Source of the DNA: Clytia hemisphaerica
Lineage: Eukaryota
Direction: 5' to 3'
DNA: 64,000 bases
NCBI RefSeq assembly: GCF_902728285.1
Contig: NW_027104280.1
Location: 547,995 to 611,994, forward strand
Positions 34,637-47,800 of this stretch are shown piece after piece (position 1 is the first letter of the stretch; the number at the start of each line of letters is the position of its first letter). The notes beneath the pieces are model-generated. The model had not been told where the DNA came from. It saw only the letters and a list, made by a program, of their open reading frames with translations, and did no database searches. Position numbers and translations under genes: made by a program.

Positions 34637-35885
34637 ACAAAATTTCATACGACTTTTTGTTGACGTCAAAATCACCAAGGAAAACTATTTTAGAAAAGAG
34701 GGGGTCAGAGTTTTTCTTATAAAAGATGTTTTCAGTATTTCTTTGTAAATTTATTACAACCATACATAACTATTTCAAAATATTCAGAAAGATATTCAAA
34801 GAAGACTTAAATTTTACTTCAGTTCAAAAAAGATTTTAATGCCCTTTCATGTTAAAGAATCAAGGAAGATGGGCCATATTAGAACTTTAGACAAAATGAT
34901 GTTATATTCATCATCCTATTCAAAAATGAAACTTTTATGAAAATGTAAGATCACCACCAATCAACATTATTGTTACGTTCTGGTCGTCGTTCGAACAACT
35001 CATTCCCAATCCCATTGTTGGAATTGATTTCTTCCAATTCTTTGAGACGTTTTGCAAGCTTCTTGAACTCTCGTTTGTTGATTCTGTTCTGTGAGTTCAT
35101 TCGTCGGAATAACAAGTGGACGGCACGTCGTAAATGTCGGTTTTGTGACGTCAAATAACTTGTTTCGTCACCCAACACTAATGGTGAAAGAATAGGGAGC
35201 AATATCAGAAAGTTTCACCTATCTTTCGTGGAATTTCTATAGAAAGTCTTGGGAGTTAATCACATTGGTAATAATTTCAAAACAAGGCAAGGGATTTTCG
35301 TGACGTAATTTGTGAAAAGGTCTAATGTCGGGCGAGGTAAAGGATGGTTGAATATTCTTGGAAAGCATAATGACTAACAATATCCATCTTCGTCTCAATT
35401 AAATCTTTTGGGTTTCTTGCTATGGTAATATTAACCGAATTCTAATTGGTCGAACGGACTTCCCTGTCAACATGCTTTCGAAACAAATGTATCAAAATTG
35501 CGAATTCGACGAATAATGTGGATAATGATGCTTTTAGACTTCCTTCAAAATATATCAAACTTCCCTATTCAGTAATTTAACTGAAATATTGTCTTTTTAG
35601 TTGCTCTTTGTGCTATTTTAGTAAATTTAGCGCGTATTGGCTAAAAGCTAAAAAACGCAAAACCCATTTCAGGCAATTAGAAACTATGATCTATTTACCA
35701 TAAATGTATGTCCGCCAACCTCGTTCCCTGCGTATTATTAGCTTTTTGATGCTTACTGATAGTATATTCTCTGGCGTCTATAAGTAACGTAAATAAAGCC
35801 TGGGATACACGGGAACGAGGTTGCATGCCCGCTTACTCTTAACAAGACCCAGTATATCATACCTGAGCTTGATCTTAAGGAACCC

Positions 35886-36901
35886 TTAAAAGTTTCTGAT
35901 GAATGTCTGAACAGTCTTTAGATTTGATGCGAACTTACTTTTCAACTGTTTCATGATTTTGTTCAAAGGTGAGGGAGATTTTGCTGGAGATTTCGTTGTT
36001 GTGGTCGTTGTCATTGCTTCTGTTGTGGTCGTTGCTTCGGTCGTGGTTGTAGGGGCTGGAGTTGTGGTTGTTGTTGGTTTTTCTGTGATGGTAGTTTCAG
36101 TAGGTTTCACTGCTGTTGTGGTCTTTTCAGTTGGTTTCATAGGTTTGACCACTTTCACTTTCGTTTTCTCTTCCCCAGCACCAGCACCAGTCATCTCCTT
36201 CTCCATTTCTTCCATCTCCTTGCGATCATCGATGCTTTTTTCTTCAGCAACTCCCAAATCTACCTTCCCCTCGTCTTTCTTCTCTTGTTTTTGTTGGGGT
36301 TTTTCCTCACTGAAAAAATCTTCGTCCAATTCTCGATCTTCACCGAAACTTTCCTTTTCGTCCTCATCTTTTTCATCTTTCTTCGCTTCTGGAGATTCTC
36401 CTTCTTCCGATGCATCAGCTTCTGATGGAGTGTCTTCATCCTGAGCATCGCTTAATTCATCTTTATCCTCGTCTTGTGTAACTGGATCTTCACCTTCGTC
36501 TCCATCATTCGATTCTTGGTTGTTTTCATCTTGCGTGTTTGGATCAGGTTCGTCGCCTTCATTGCCTTTGTTTGATACGTCCTGGCTACTCTCGTCTTGT
36601 GGATCCTCTTCTTCTAATCCATCATTTGATTCCTCTACATTATCATCGTTCTCTTCTTCATTTTCATCATCTGTGACTGGGTCTTCATCTTCTCCTCCCT
36701 CCATCTTAAGGGCGTCACTTTGTGGGGCGTCAAAATCTTCCACCCTCTCACCATCATCTTCTTGTTTATCCCCATTGGAAAGCATTTCATCATTGACATC
36801 ATCATCATAGTTATCCACTGCCATTTCATCCAAAGAATCGATTTCATCCTCTTCTTGTTGTTGTTGGTGGCGTGGATGGTGATGAATGTGCCGACCATTG
36901 G
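35886..36901 (-). CDS. secreted acidic (Asp/Glu-rich), His-rich, Thr-rich protein - exon 2
   Basis: ORF track 35886..36833 extends upstream in frame to acceptor ttgcag (plus coords 36902-36907). Encodes ANGRHIHHHPRHQQQQEEDE..., a long D/E-rich low-complexity body, then a T-rich tract PTTTTTPAPTTTTEATTTTEAMTTTTTTKSPAKSP. Confidence 0.7.
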
Positions 36902-37195
36902 CTGCAATGAAAAGATGAAAGAATCAGATTGGTGTCTTTGATTTTGTCCGAAGATTGGAACATGGATTGCAAAATCCCAAGCGAAAGAATTAGTGGGAGA
37001 GAGTTACCTGCTTAATCTCAAACGTTAACACAAGGATGGGAAGCCTGGCTGGAATAAGGAAGAATCAGAGGAGTGAAGAAGAGTTATTCAGCGAAAGAAC
37101 TAGTGGCAGATTTCTTCAATAATCTTTAAAATGAAAACTACAAGACTAGGAAGTCTAAAGATTTGGAAAAATGAAAAAGAATATTCACTACTTAC

Positions 37196-37235
37196 CAAGA
37201 GCCACCATGGTCAATAAAAGCACCACAAACCTCAT
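37196..37235 (-). CDS. secreted acidic protein - exon 1 (signal peptide MRFVVLLLTMVAL)
   Basis: ATG at 37235-37233 (minus), hydrophobic 13-aa leader, donor G|GTAAG. Phase 1 out matches 2-nt start of exon 2. Confidence 0.6.
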
Positions 37236-38299
37236 CTTCTGATTCTTTCTAAAGTTGTATCTGTAAATGAGAAATATAAATAAAGCATCAAAAGTTGATT
37301 CGCATCTCTTTAAATATGGGTTTGCAAAGGAAATGATATATCATTCAAATAACCATTAGTTGCTTTTGCAGGAAGCAAACCTTATGAAATTAACACAGAC
37401 GTGCCGTAAAAGGTCTAATTATTTCATTATATATACCACCAAAATTTGACCAAACGAAAATAGTAAGGCTAACTAGATGAAATAGACATCCATCCTCATT
37501 CTCATGAAAACTGACTGAGAAAATGATTTGAGTTTAGTCATTAATGCCAGGAGACAAATTAATTAAATAAAGTTTCGATAACGAAAATGGTTCAAATTAC
37601 CACAGCACATTGTATACCTATGATAAAAATGTTGCTACTTCCTTGTGTTCGTTTTTGCTGACCTCAGCACTTTCATGCTCATACAATCATGTTTGTCATT
37701 GGTTAAGAATGGAAATTGATCGTTCCTTGTGTCAATTAAGAGAAAATATTGATACCTCATTCATTGTCAGTAATTATAAATATTCTCTTCCCAATTAAGT
37801 AAATGTGCTCGTTGTTGATATTCCAGAAGCCCTGTGAGGGAGTGTATGTCTTGCCAAATATAGAGATTATTGGTTTGTAAACCGCTTCTGTGCGACTTTT
37901 CTTATGGTGCCATATTGATGAAGCTTGAAATTGACGCAAGATTGTTCCAGTGTCTGAGACGCATCTTTGCAAGTTTGCCGCTTTATGCTGAAATACCATG
38001 TATCGTCCATTACGCCATTGCACCCTCAATTTTGGACTAAAATTATGCGGAGATATCTCGGTACAACAAGGAAAAGGTAGTTAATTTGCACCTGGAAATT
38101 CAAATCGTGAATTTCGACATCGAACTCATTAATGAAATTATACCCTCTTAATATTCCTTCTTTAACAATGATGAGATAAGAGGGCTATATTTAACTTTTT
38201 AATAAAATGCTACGGCGACGTTAATTGATTTGAGAGGCTTGATGAGTGCTATCTTCAAATGATCAAATGAAAAGATTTCATCACGTAGAAAAGGAAAAT

Positions 38300-38530
38300 A
38301 TTCATTGGTTTTGCGCAGTGCCAAAACCTTTACAAAGATTAATTTTACGATTAATTTTACTTACGAAGGAATTATTACCCTACCTTCACAAAGAACAAGG
38401 AATAAGTTTGATTCGAAAACCTTTTTACACAATGCTACAAATATTTGGAACATTCTGCCCACTGATCTTCGCCAAACTAAATCTTTGGTTACATTCAAAG
38501 CCAAAGCGAAATCTCATTTTTTTCAATAAT
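38300..38530 (+). mobile_element. LINE (CR1/L2/Rex-like) 3' terminal fragment
   Basis: ORF 38305..38529: ...KTFLHNATNIWNILPTDLRQTKSLVTFKAKAKSHFFQ-stop resembles the conserved LINE ORF2 C-terminus (...AP.LWN.LP..IR...SL..FK..LKTHLF). Confidence 0.5.
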
Positions 38531-39010
38531 CAATAATTCTTTTTCCTTTTTCTGCTCTTTTTGGTATTCCTGTTTTAGTTACTGTTCTTGTTCTGTTTGT
38601 GGCCCTTCGTGGGAACAATTCATTAGCTGCCTAAAAGCTATTGAGTTTTTCGGAGCATGCCACTTAAAACATATGTTATTATTGTTATTATTATTTATTA
38701 CCTTTCAATAAGTAAATAGATTTTGTCTTTTTACATCCTTGTCTCGTTAATCTGGTGTGCAGTCTTTTTAACCCCTGTCTCGTTGATCAGTTTTGTAGTT
38801 TTAGCCAATTGGATTTAGCAAAGAAACCGACTTGATTTTCAAGAATCCTATAATGCTTTTGTAGCCTAAAATATTCTAGTGACGAAGGAGCTTTTTCTAA
38901 CTTTAATTTATAACGTTGATTTCTTAATCTTAAATAATTCCATATTAAATGCTATAAAATATCTTAAAAACTTTTTACTTACAAAATTTACAAAAAGAAC
39001 ATAATCAGAT

Positions 39011-40261
39011 TCACAAAAGTGTTTCTTCCAAATTGTTATTGCATTTATGCAGAACAGACACCACGTCTTTTATATCATGGCAAATGTATCCATCCATCAA
39101 ACTTCTCTTACGTAATGTTTCGTAAACAATACTCATTCCGCTACCCCCATCGTCATGGTTCCAGTCAAGTGGTTCGATACGCCGTCGAATAGTATGCGTA
39201 GCTTGAGTGCCGTCGGACCCCGCCGAAGAATGGTGTTGCACAGATAGTACAGACTCGCGCATGCGTAACTTTAAACGGATAATCTGTTTTTTGAACTCCA
39301 TGCGGAATTCGGCGGACATCATATAATAGATAAACGGATTGACACATGAATTGAGGACCAGAAATGTTGCAGCGAACTTCCTATGCGTTTCTTCAATTCT
39401 CAAGTCAGTAAATTGTTCCAAAAGTTTGATGATATTCCACGGTAACATCAACAAAGCAAAACAAAAAACAACAACTGCTAACATTTTAGTGACTTTTCGT
39501 AATTTTTTATATCTGGTCTGTATATTAGACGATGTTTGGTGGACGCTGCTTTGTCGCATGTGTTCTTTTAAGAAAAAATGGATTCGAAGGAACGTCAACA
39601 AAATGATGAGCAAGGGAATGAAATACCAGACGAACGTTTCCACGATGTTGTCAACAGCAACCATTGTGCTTTGAGCGTCGTGTGAACATACACGGAATAA
39701 TATGCGAGTCTCGTTCATTATTTTATATTTCTGTTCGTATAATTGATAAGACATGATGGAAGGGATGGATTCGGCCACAAAGGAAAACACCCAAATGAAG
39801 AGAATGATGAGACGGATTCTCCGCAACGTCCATTTCGCATCCATTGAATGTACAATGGTGTGGTAACGAGCTATCGCTATGGCAACAATGGTTGCTAAGG
39901 AAACGATATGAAAGAAATCAGCAGATGAGGACAAAAGTTTGCACATGGGCTCACCGAGTGGCCAGTTGTTACCAGATAACCATTTGACGGCGAGGACGGG
40001 GAAACTGATGACCAGCACACAGAGATCAGCGATCGCAAGGTTCAACAAAAACAGGTTCTGATGGTTCGATCTTTGTTTGCCGAACGAGAGGACGACCGCT
40101 GCACAGATATTTCCCACAGAGCCGAAGAAAGCGAAGATACAGTTGATAGCAAGGAAGAAATAGATCATGTTTTTCGACTCCCCTGCTTCATCTCCACCAT
40201 CATTGAAAGAAAAATTGCCAGGAGGGTGTATCGCCGTCAATCCATGTATTGATTCGTTCAT
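39011..40261 (-). CDS. intronless class A (rhodopsin-like) GPCR, ~417 aa, probable start MNESIHG
   Basis: ORF track 39011..40510. 7TM signatures: GNxxAAVVL (TM1), LNLAIADL (TM2), ARYHTIV (DRY variant, TM3), W in TM4, FxxxxxxPW (TM6), NPFIYY (TM7), basic/Ser-rich C-tail. Confidence 0.85.
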   Translation of the reverse strand: MNESIHGLTAIHPPGNFSFNDGGDEAGESKNMIYFFLAINCIFAFFGSVGNICAAVVLSFGKQRSNHQNLFLLNLAIADLCVLVISFPVLAVKWLSGNNWPLGEPMCKLLSSSADFFHIVSLATIVAIAIARYHTIVHSMDAKWTLRRIRLIILFIWVFSFVAESIPSIMSYQLYEQKYKIMNETRILFRVCSHDAQSTMVAVDNIVETFVWYFIPLLIILLTFLRIHFFLKEHMRQSSVHQTSSNIQTRYKKLRKVTKMLAVVVFCFALLMLPWNIIKLLEQFTDLRIEETHRKFAATFLVLNSCVNPFIYYMMSAEFRMEFKKQIIRLKLRMRESVLSVQHHSSAGSDGTQATHTIRRRIEPLDWNHDDGGSGMSIVYETLRKRSLMDGYICHDIKDVVSVLHKCNNNLEETLL

Positions 40262-40324
40262 TTTTTGTTTTTTTGCTGAAAAATGAATGAAAATTAACTT
40301 TATCCAAAAAGTAACTAGGTTATT

Positions 40325-40700
40325 AAGGCTAAAATAAAAAAAATGTAGTGTTTCCGGAAACCGGCCGGGTGTAAAAACTTTTTTTTTCTGACCCGGCCGC
40401 AGACTATGGGTTCGTCTATATGGTTCCTCATAAAGAAAATCAAGTTGACCATTCAAGCTATCAAACGTCGTTTGGTTAGATATTCCCGCTTTTTCCCGCT
40501 TGTAAATCATAAGTTTTGTTATCGTTTGTAGTTGATACGTTAGTATTCAGGGCTTTTTTCATACTGTTTGTACATAAAAGTTATCTTTAAAGTTAAGTTA
40601 TCAAAAGTAGCAAAAAAAAATTGTTTTCCGGCCGGCCGCATGAGAGCTTTTTTCCTTCACCCGCATTCCGGAAACACTACATTTTTTTGTTTTCGCCTAA
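40325..40700. mobile_element. MITE immediately upstream of GPCR start (TIR GGCTAAAATAAAAAAAATGTAGTGTTTCCGGAAAC / ...TTCCGGAAACACTACATTTTTTTGTTTTCGCC)
   Basis: ~33 bp inverted termini at 40325 and 40665. Internal CCGGCCGG palindromes. Confidence 0.6.
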
Positions 40701-42984
40701 GATCAACAGTTTTCTCTCACCATTTAGGACTTATTGTTTAATCTCACCCCTTGATGAAACAAACGCAATCAAATCATGTATATGAAGATGCCTCTGGTCC
40801 ATATTGCTCTTCATTCTCATTAATAGCACCCATTAATAAAGTATGGACGTAGATAGATGCTATTTGTCGCTAACCCCCAAACAACTGTTTACTAAAATAC
40901 GTTCTAAAGTGCCTCCAAATCTTTCACTTTCTATTTATTTCGTTAAGAAAACCCTTCAAAGAAGTGTGAAAATTACTGACGGGAGTTTACCCTGAAAGTA
41001 CTACAGACACAACGCGACGAGTACAGCAGGTACGACGGTTGACGTACCAGCTTTTCACAAAAAACCCGAAATTTTCCTCTTCGTCGGTAAAATCGCTACA
41101 TAATTGCTTAAATTTCCGCATTCGCCATACCAGATATTAAAAGATTCTGTCGTGCCTGTACTATTTGTCCCAACATATCAACTCTTTCTGTCTATCACAT
41201 ACCATTTGAAACGAATCTTTAGAAGTCATTAAAGTTCTCGAACGTCACAGAGTTTGATATTTTCCTTAATTAAAGAGGTATCAATGCTGATAATCTAGTT
41301 GTTGATCCTATTCTCTCTTTGTCTCAACCAAAAGCAGGATTTGTTTTCAGTAAATGGAATTAAGAAATCGTAGAATGGAATTTATAATAGATGACGGGAG
41401 ATCAATGGTATCATCGTTTTGATTTAAATCTTTTGCAAACCTTTGTACGAGAGGAATGAACAGGTCGAGTTTTGGTTCTCAGATAACGATAACGATGACA
41501 CAAAAAGAAAGGTCTGGAAAACGCTTGACTTTACAGCTTTTCTCGGCGAGTCCCCCAGGACGGAATAGTGGTTTGACCAAGCTTTCACCTCCTTACAAAA
41601 CATACATAGAGAATTATTTTCTCTAATACTATAAAAGTAAAAGAAGCTTTCGTCAATATCTCCTTTTTAGGACCAGCTGCCTCTTTTTGGCATCCGTCAA
41701 AACAAGTCTGGTAAAAAAGCTTAACTCTACTATGCTCAAGAAAAAAAAATTAGAAGTATGCCATAATCATAAATGTTTCAACCTGCATCTATCCATTACC
41801 CAATAAATGTCATTCTTGTTCTTTCGACCAATTTTGAATTATGCCTTTGACCTTTAGAGGGAGATTTAAGACGAAATATATTTATAGGATAAGCCTCTCT
41901 CTCCGTTGATCGAAACGATAAAGTTCATTAATTGGCAATTTAATGCTAATCAAGCAAAAAGAGAGGCTTGACCATCTTATTTGTGGTAATTATGAATCAG
42001 TTGATAACAAGATTGCTAATCGAATTCCTCAAAGAGAAAATACCTCCTTGGTGAATCAGAGATGTGATGTACGAAATCTTCTAGAGGCGATTTCACCACT
42101 CGAGTAATCAATAATTATTTACAAATTTTATAATTCACGAAAAAGATGTTTACACTAAAACTCTTCAAACGATGAAGAACAAGCTCCTTTTGACTTCTGC
42201 AAACTTTACCATCACTATGTGTTGTTATGGAGATGCTAAAAGCAATTGATCTAACGAACAAACTAAACATTAGTGAAGCGAAAAATGTAGACACGTGATA
42301 TTCTTCGCAAACACTCTTTCTTCCATTCTACAATATATGTTATTTACTGTTTTTCTTTGGGCATGATTTCGTATGAAGATTACACTTTAACGACCAATTA
42401 CCGATAAATTCGACTCCTCTGTTTTTCTTTATACCTCCATGATTGACTGAAGCTAATTTTGCTTTTTTCTCACATCTCAGCGAACCCTATCTAAATAGCT
42501 AGCAGGATTGATCACACTTCTATTGCTTGATAAACTATCGCTGAAGTCTTATTGCTGAAAGTCAGCATTGATTCTAGAACACGCCTTACCGTTATGTATA
42601 ATCTATCTGGAGGAAAAATATCAATATTTTTTAAGTCGTTACAATAATTAATGCACCTTAATTATGTATTTCTAATTTACCTCAATCTCTTTCCCCGATG
42701 TTCAAAGAATTTTCAGTTTCTCAAGAAAGATGTAATTGACATCTTTGACAGATTTTCTCACCATGTATCACACTCCTTCAATCAAAAAGAATATCTTCTA
42801 AACATCATGTAAAAGTTCAATTGAAAAATAATTTGTTTTAATCTCACCGAACTTTTGACCACATTGAATACAAATTTCTTCCAACATAATAAAGACATCA
42901 TTAATATTCTTAACGACTTCTAATTACGTTTTGGTTCCTGTTATCAGCGCGTTCTTCTCAAATACACACTTATCTGTGGGGGGC

Positions 42985-44250
42985 GTACGGTTTTTCGGAA
43001 TTGCGGAAATCGACCCTTTTTTCTTCGGAATTTCGGAATTCACGCAAAATTTCTTCGATATTTCGGAATTCTGAAATTGTTTCGATATCGGAAATCCATG
43101 AACTTTTGCTTCAAAATTTCGGTATTATAAAGTTTTTATCCCCTTTTTCGGAATTCATACATGAAAAATCAAAATTGATGAAAAATTTGTCAAAACGAGG
43201 AAAAATACCCAAAATAATCGGCATCGGAATTGCAAGTATTTTTTTACGGAATTTCGGAAATTTTGGCAAAATTATTCGGTATTTCGGAAATCACAAACCC
43301 CGTACGCCCCCCCCCCTTATCTCAAGATAACACAAACAGCATTGTATGCCTCGTTTTCAAATTTACACATGGAATATATATTTTCCCAAAAAAGACCATT
43401 TTTAATTTTGAAACAAAAGATTATTTGTTTTTGACGTTGAAGTATCATTGCAACAAGGCTTTGAGAACGAGGTTCCCAATTTTTTTATGCGTTTCGAGAA
43501 GAGGTTATCTACCTTCAATTTTCATGCTTCAATGTGTGTTGAAAATAAACCATTGCAATATCTTTTGAAATTACATTATAGATCCATTATAGACCTATTG
43601 ACCTGATTTTACATCACCTGAAGCCAATTATAGCTTTGGTTTGCGATTTCCGAAATACCAAATAATTTTGTCAAAATTTCCGAATTTCCATAAAAAAATA
43701 CTTGCAATTCCGATGCCGATTCTTTTGAGTATGTTTCCTCGTTTTGGCTAATTTTTCATCAAATTTTATTTTTCATGTATGGAATTCCAAAAAAAGGGGG
43801 GGGGTTCATGGTTATGCAGAATCGGCCCTTTTTTCGGACGGAGTGGCGGAATTTGGCGAAAATTTAGACGGAATTACGGAAATTGGGTTCTCTGACGGAG
43901 ATGGAAAATTAGACAATTTTAGTGCGGAAAAACGGAATTTAGCAAAAATAATTGCGACAAAAGTATTGAATTTCAAAGGAATTTTCGGTGACGGAATTTT
44001 GGTTCAATTTAAGACGGTTTGACGGAAATTGGAGAAAAAATTGGCGGAATTACGGAATCGGGTACCCCCTAAAACTCCCCCCCCCCCCAAAAAGGGGGAT
44101 AAAAACTTTCGAAGCAAAAATTCATGGATTTCCGATACCGCACCAAACAAAACAATTTCAGCATTTTGAAATACCGAAGGAATTTTGCCCGATTTCCGAA
44201 ATTCCGAAGAAAAAAGGGTCGATTTTCCGTAATTCCGAAATACTGTACGC
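42985..44250. mobile_element. cluster of CGGAATTTCGGAAAT-rich MITEs (TIR GGGGGGCGTACGG), three copies in direct and inverted orientation
   Basis: 42985-43320 is a complete copy with inverted ends. 43632-43790 and 44090-44250 are reverse-complement partial copies. Poly-C/G termini. Confidence 0.6.
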
Positions 44251-44897
44251 CCCCCACTTAGATGACCTTGATTATATACCCCTGTTTCGCCAGAACACAT
44301 CATCATTTCTAGACATTTTTAGCTGATTAACTTTTGAAGATCTGATTAGAACAGATCAAAATTTCTAGCTGGAATATGCTCTCAGAACACATCGGAAAAA
44401 AAGGTCGCCTCGCCGGCTGCTTTCGTACCGCCGACATCGACCTTACAAGAAACCAAGAAGAAAGACAGGCTGATGCAAATTTCAACATATGGTAACAAGT
44501 ATTCCAATTATCTGCTTCCACATGTAGAAATTTGCGAAGATTGGAAAAGTTCTAATTGTGGTGGCCATATGATATAAGGTGATAAGGTGGCCATCCAATC
44601 ACTTCAAACACGCGGACGCGCTGTCTCCCGCCCGTGTGAAATCTCAGATCAAATTTTATTTTCCACTTTCTAGTCTAGCTAGAATCGCTCGCGGAGGCAA
44701 GGAGAAAAAGAGCACATGTATTCTTAACTACAATATCAACAATATGGCGGATGTTTGCTACGATCAAGAAATTTCCAGGTCTTTTGCTGTATCTACTTTA
44801 TTCTGGTTTTTCTTTTCTTTTTGCGTTTGAAAAGTGCATACCACAGTTTTTCATCTCCCATGCTATAAGGAATTCCCTGCATGGGTTGGTATTTCAC

Positions 44898-47800
44898 ATT
44901 TACCTATGCCCAGACGATCTCAATCGAACGGAATCGACGATCTCCCGAACCAGTCGAACCAAATCGAACACAATCGACCGATTGAAATTCGATTGTCGAA
45001 CGTAATAGAATCTCAATCGAATATTACCGCAATTTTCAGATTCAATTGATACTCGATTGCGTTTGATTGATGTTCGATTGCGTTCGATTGCGTTCGATCG
45101 TCGATTCATTATTGACCCCCGCGGATTGTTCCACGGCTGTTCCAACGCGGAGAAACTGAATTGACGTCAGATTTGCGAAAAAATTTTACCTTCCCATACA
45201 AAATCCCAAATATTTCAACAACTAAAGAAGCTTTTTTAATTCTGTAAAAAGCACTTTTTCAGGGAAGGATAGAGCTTTAAGAAAAATATAACTTCATAAA
45301 CACTTTCTCTTTTTCTCTTTTTAGAAATCGGGATCAAAGACGCCGAAGGTAATTTTTCAAAATTTTCGGACTTGTTTACAACGGAAATATAGGCTTATAA
45401 TTAGGACTTTAGGCCATTATTTGCTTTTATAACTCCATTGGAAGGATAGAGGACATGCCTGGGAATGATCAATACCCATATAACATCAGGAAACTTTGAA
45501 TAAAGCTCAGTTTTTACCTTAGAAATTCAAATTTGGGACTTGGGATAAATTTCCAGGAATTTAATGATTTTTTAGAGGAGAATTTCACTAAATAATGTGT
45601 TCCAACTAGTTCCAAATCAGTCTCTCATGAAAGTAATTTGACAGACAACTGTATGTATTAATGTAATAAATGATTTCTTCTTGATTTATTTAGAAAATAT
45701 GGATAATTTTAAGTTAACAAGAACTAAGCAGAAAAATTTCTTTTCTCTTTTTCTGCCTCTGAGGTTCTCCTGCCTCTGTCTTCTTGATACGATTCCAGCA
45801 TGACAACAGGTATATTTCAATCTTCTACACTTGGATATGGAGAAATCAGCAAGCAGCTGAGCAGTATTAGTCAAGGAGTCCAACTATCCAGCATAAATTA
45901 ACATGTTGCTGCAGGACCGCACAAGTCGTCCTACAAAAGGAAGAAACATTTAAATAAAAAAACAACAAAAAAACTATGTCTATTTTCATCAGTTCATACC
46001 CAATCACCATTTCCCTCAGCCTTGAAAAGAACTAATAGTACCTTAATTCTCTTAAGAATATTTCAAATAAGTCCTACCTTAAAATCCAGGGTCAAGTCTT
46101 TCATTTCGTGTAACTTTTTTGGTCGAACTTTAGCTTTCTCGGTCGTCAGTTGTTGGTTGTTGAACCCTCCATCCCCCAGATCACAGACCTGAAGAAGACA
46201 GAAGAAAGAAAAGATATTGAAGGAAAACAAAATCTAGCTATGAAATTCTAATCTAGAGCTATTACCACAAGGAATATTAGAGGCTGATGAGGTGATTATG
46301 CAACAGAAATTCTAGAAAATATTTGGGAACAAGAAGATTGTTTGAAGGCTTCTAGAGATTTGAAGTCACTCAACCCCTGGTTCTATCCAAGAGAAACATT
46401 AAAAACAAGCCAATCAAATTGCTAAAAAGCTTTTTGAAGTTTAAAAATTAGATCGATTCACTTAACTTGAAAAAAAGTTTGACAAAACCTCCATCCACCA
46501 CCAAAATAGCAAGTTTGAATGAAATTATCGCTTCTTTGGCTACCATGTTTGCCACCCGTTACGCTGAAATCGGCCAATCAAAATGTGCCGCGGGAAAATC
46601 GTCAACTCTGATTGGCTTGTTTTTTCGAAAAATGGAAGGCGTCGATCACGTGACCAAAACATGAAAAAAGCCGTACGAAATTTTTCTCGAGGCGAGGAAA
46701 ATTTTGTGTGAACCTATGTCTCTTCTATGGCTTGTCGCATAATGGCGCTGCCTTTATATCCTTTGAAGTAAACTTTTTCTGAAAGAAAAAGGATTCAGCT
46801 TTCGATTCATGTACGTTTACCGATAGTCAAAGGTCTTCATAAGCTTCCACAGGGCATTAAACACGAGTTTTCGTAGTCCAGGCTAAACTGGGCAGGCCCG
46901 GGCCCGTAAACTATAGTCTGTGTAACGACCTTATATTTTGCGAGGGACTGGTGAAAATTTCAGGGTCTTAAGTTGAAAAGCCGTTTTGCGACAAGGTTTC
47001 AAAGTTGACCGGATGTTACGATTTCACAGACCTTTGAAATCTTATAACTTGAGATTGCGTGATCGAATCAAAACAAAGTAAAATGATTCGGAAAGAACTA
47101 TCTTTTGGCTTCAAGAGGCTTTTTACAGAATTTTAAAATGATCTTCAGAGCTAGACCTACAGATCAATGAGTAAGGTAAATTTTCGTCAATTTTTGTGTT
47201 GGTTCGATTCCAGACGTTCGATTTTTGGCTTACTGAAACAGCCATCGCATAATTTCTATGGGAAATCGAAAGTAATTTCATTCGGCTTGTGATGTGATAT
47301 GATGTTTGAGAGCTTGGATGGTGGGAAGCTGCAAGAATAGACCTTTTCGCCTTTGCGTCCGCCATATTGAATTGTATGCAAAAATACAGGAACGAAAATG
47401 CTGTGGTTGGATTTAGTTGGAATGTATGCAAAACATATGCAAGTTTACACAAAGATTAAAAAGACAACAAAGCATCTTATAAATAAATATTATAATCATT
47501 AGAACAATAAAAGATGGAATTTCTTAATCCAAAAGGAAATATTTACAGAACAACAAAAGCCTTTTAGGAATTTGTTCTTAAAGACATTGCATATTCTGTT
47601 TTCATGCCATTAAGAAATTCCACGAAGACGGAGTATATACACACATCAAACTTTCAAAACACGCAAACTGAAAGCAGTAATTATGACGTCACACTTTATC
47701 AATGTTTTGATTTGATCATTTGACGGCTCTATTCCCAGGAGAATAATTTGCCGTCAGCCGAATAAGGATTGTTTTTTATTTATTTAATACTTTCTTTTTG

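Noticed and set aside
35953-36444. 163-aa plus-strand ORF (VVVV/SSSS-rich)
   Set aside because: It is the antisense shadow of the acidic/Thr-rich protein gene on the minus strand. Its low-complexity translation comes from GAA/GAT/ACx codon runs.
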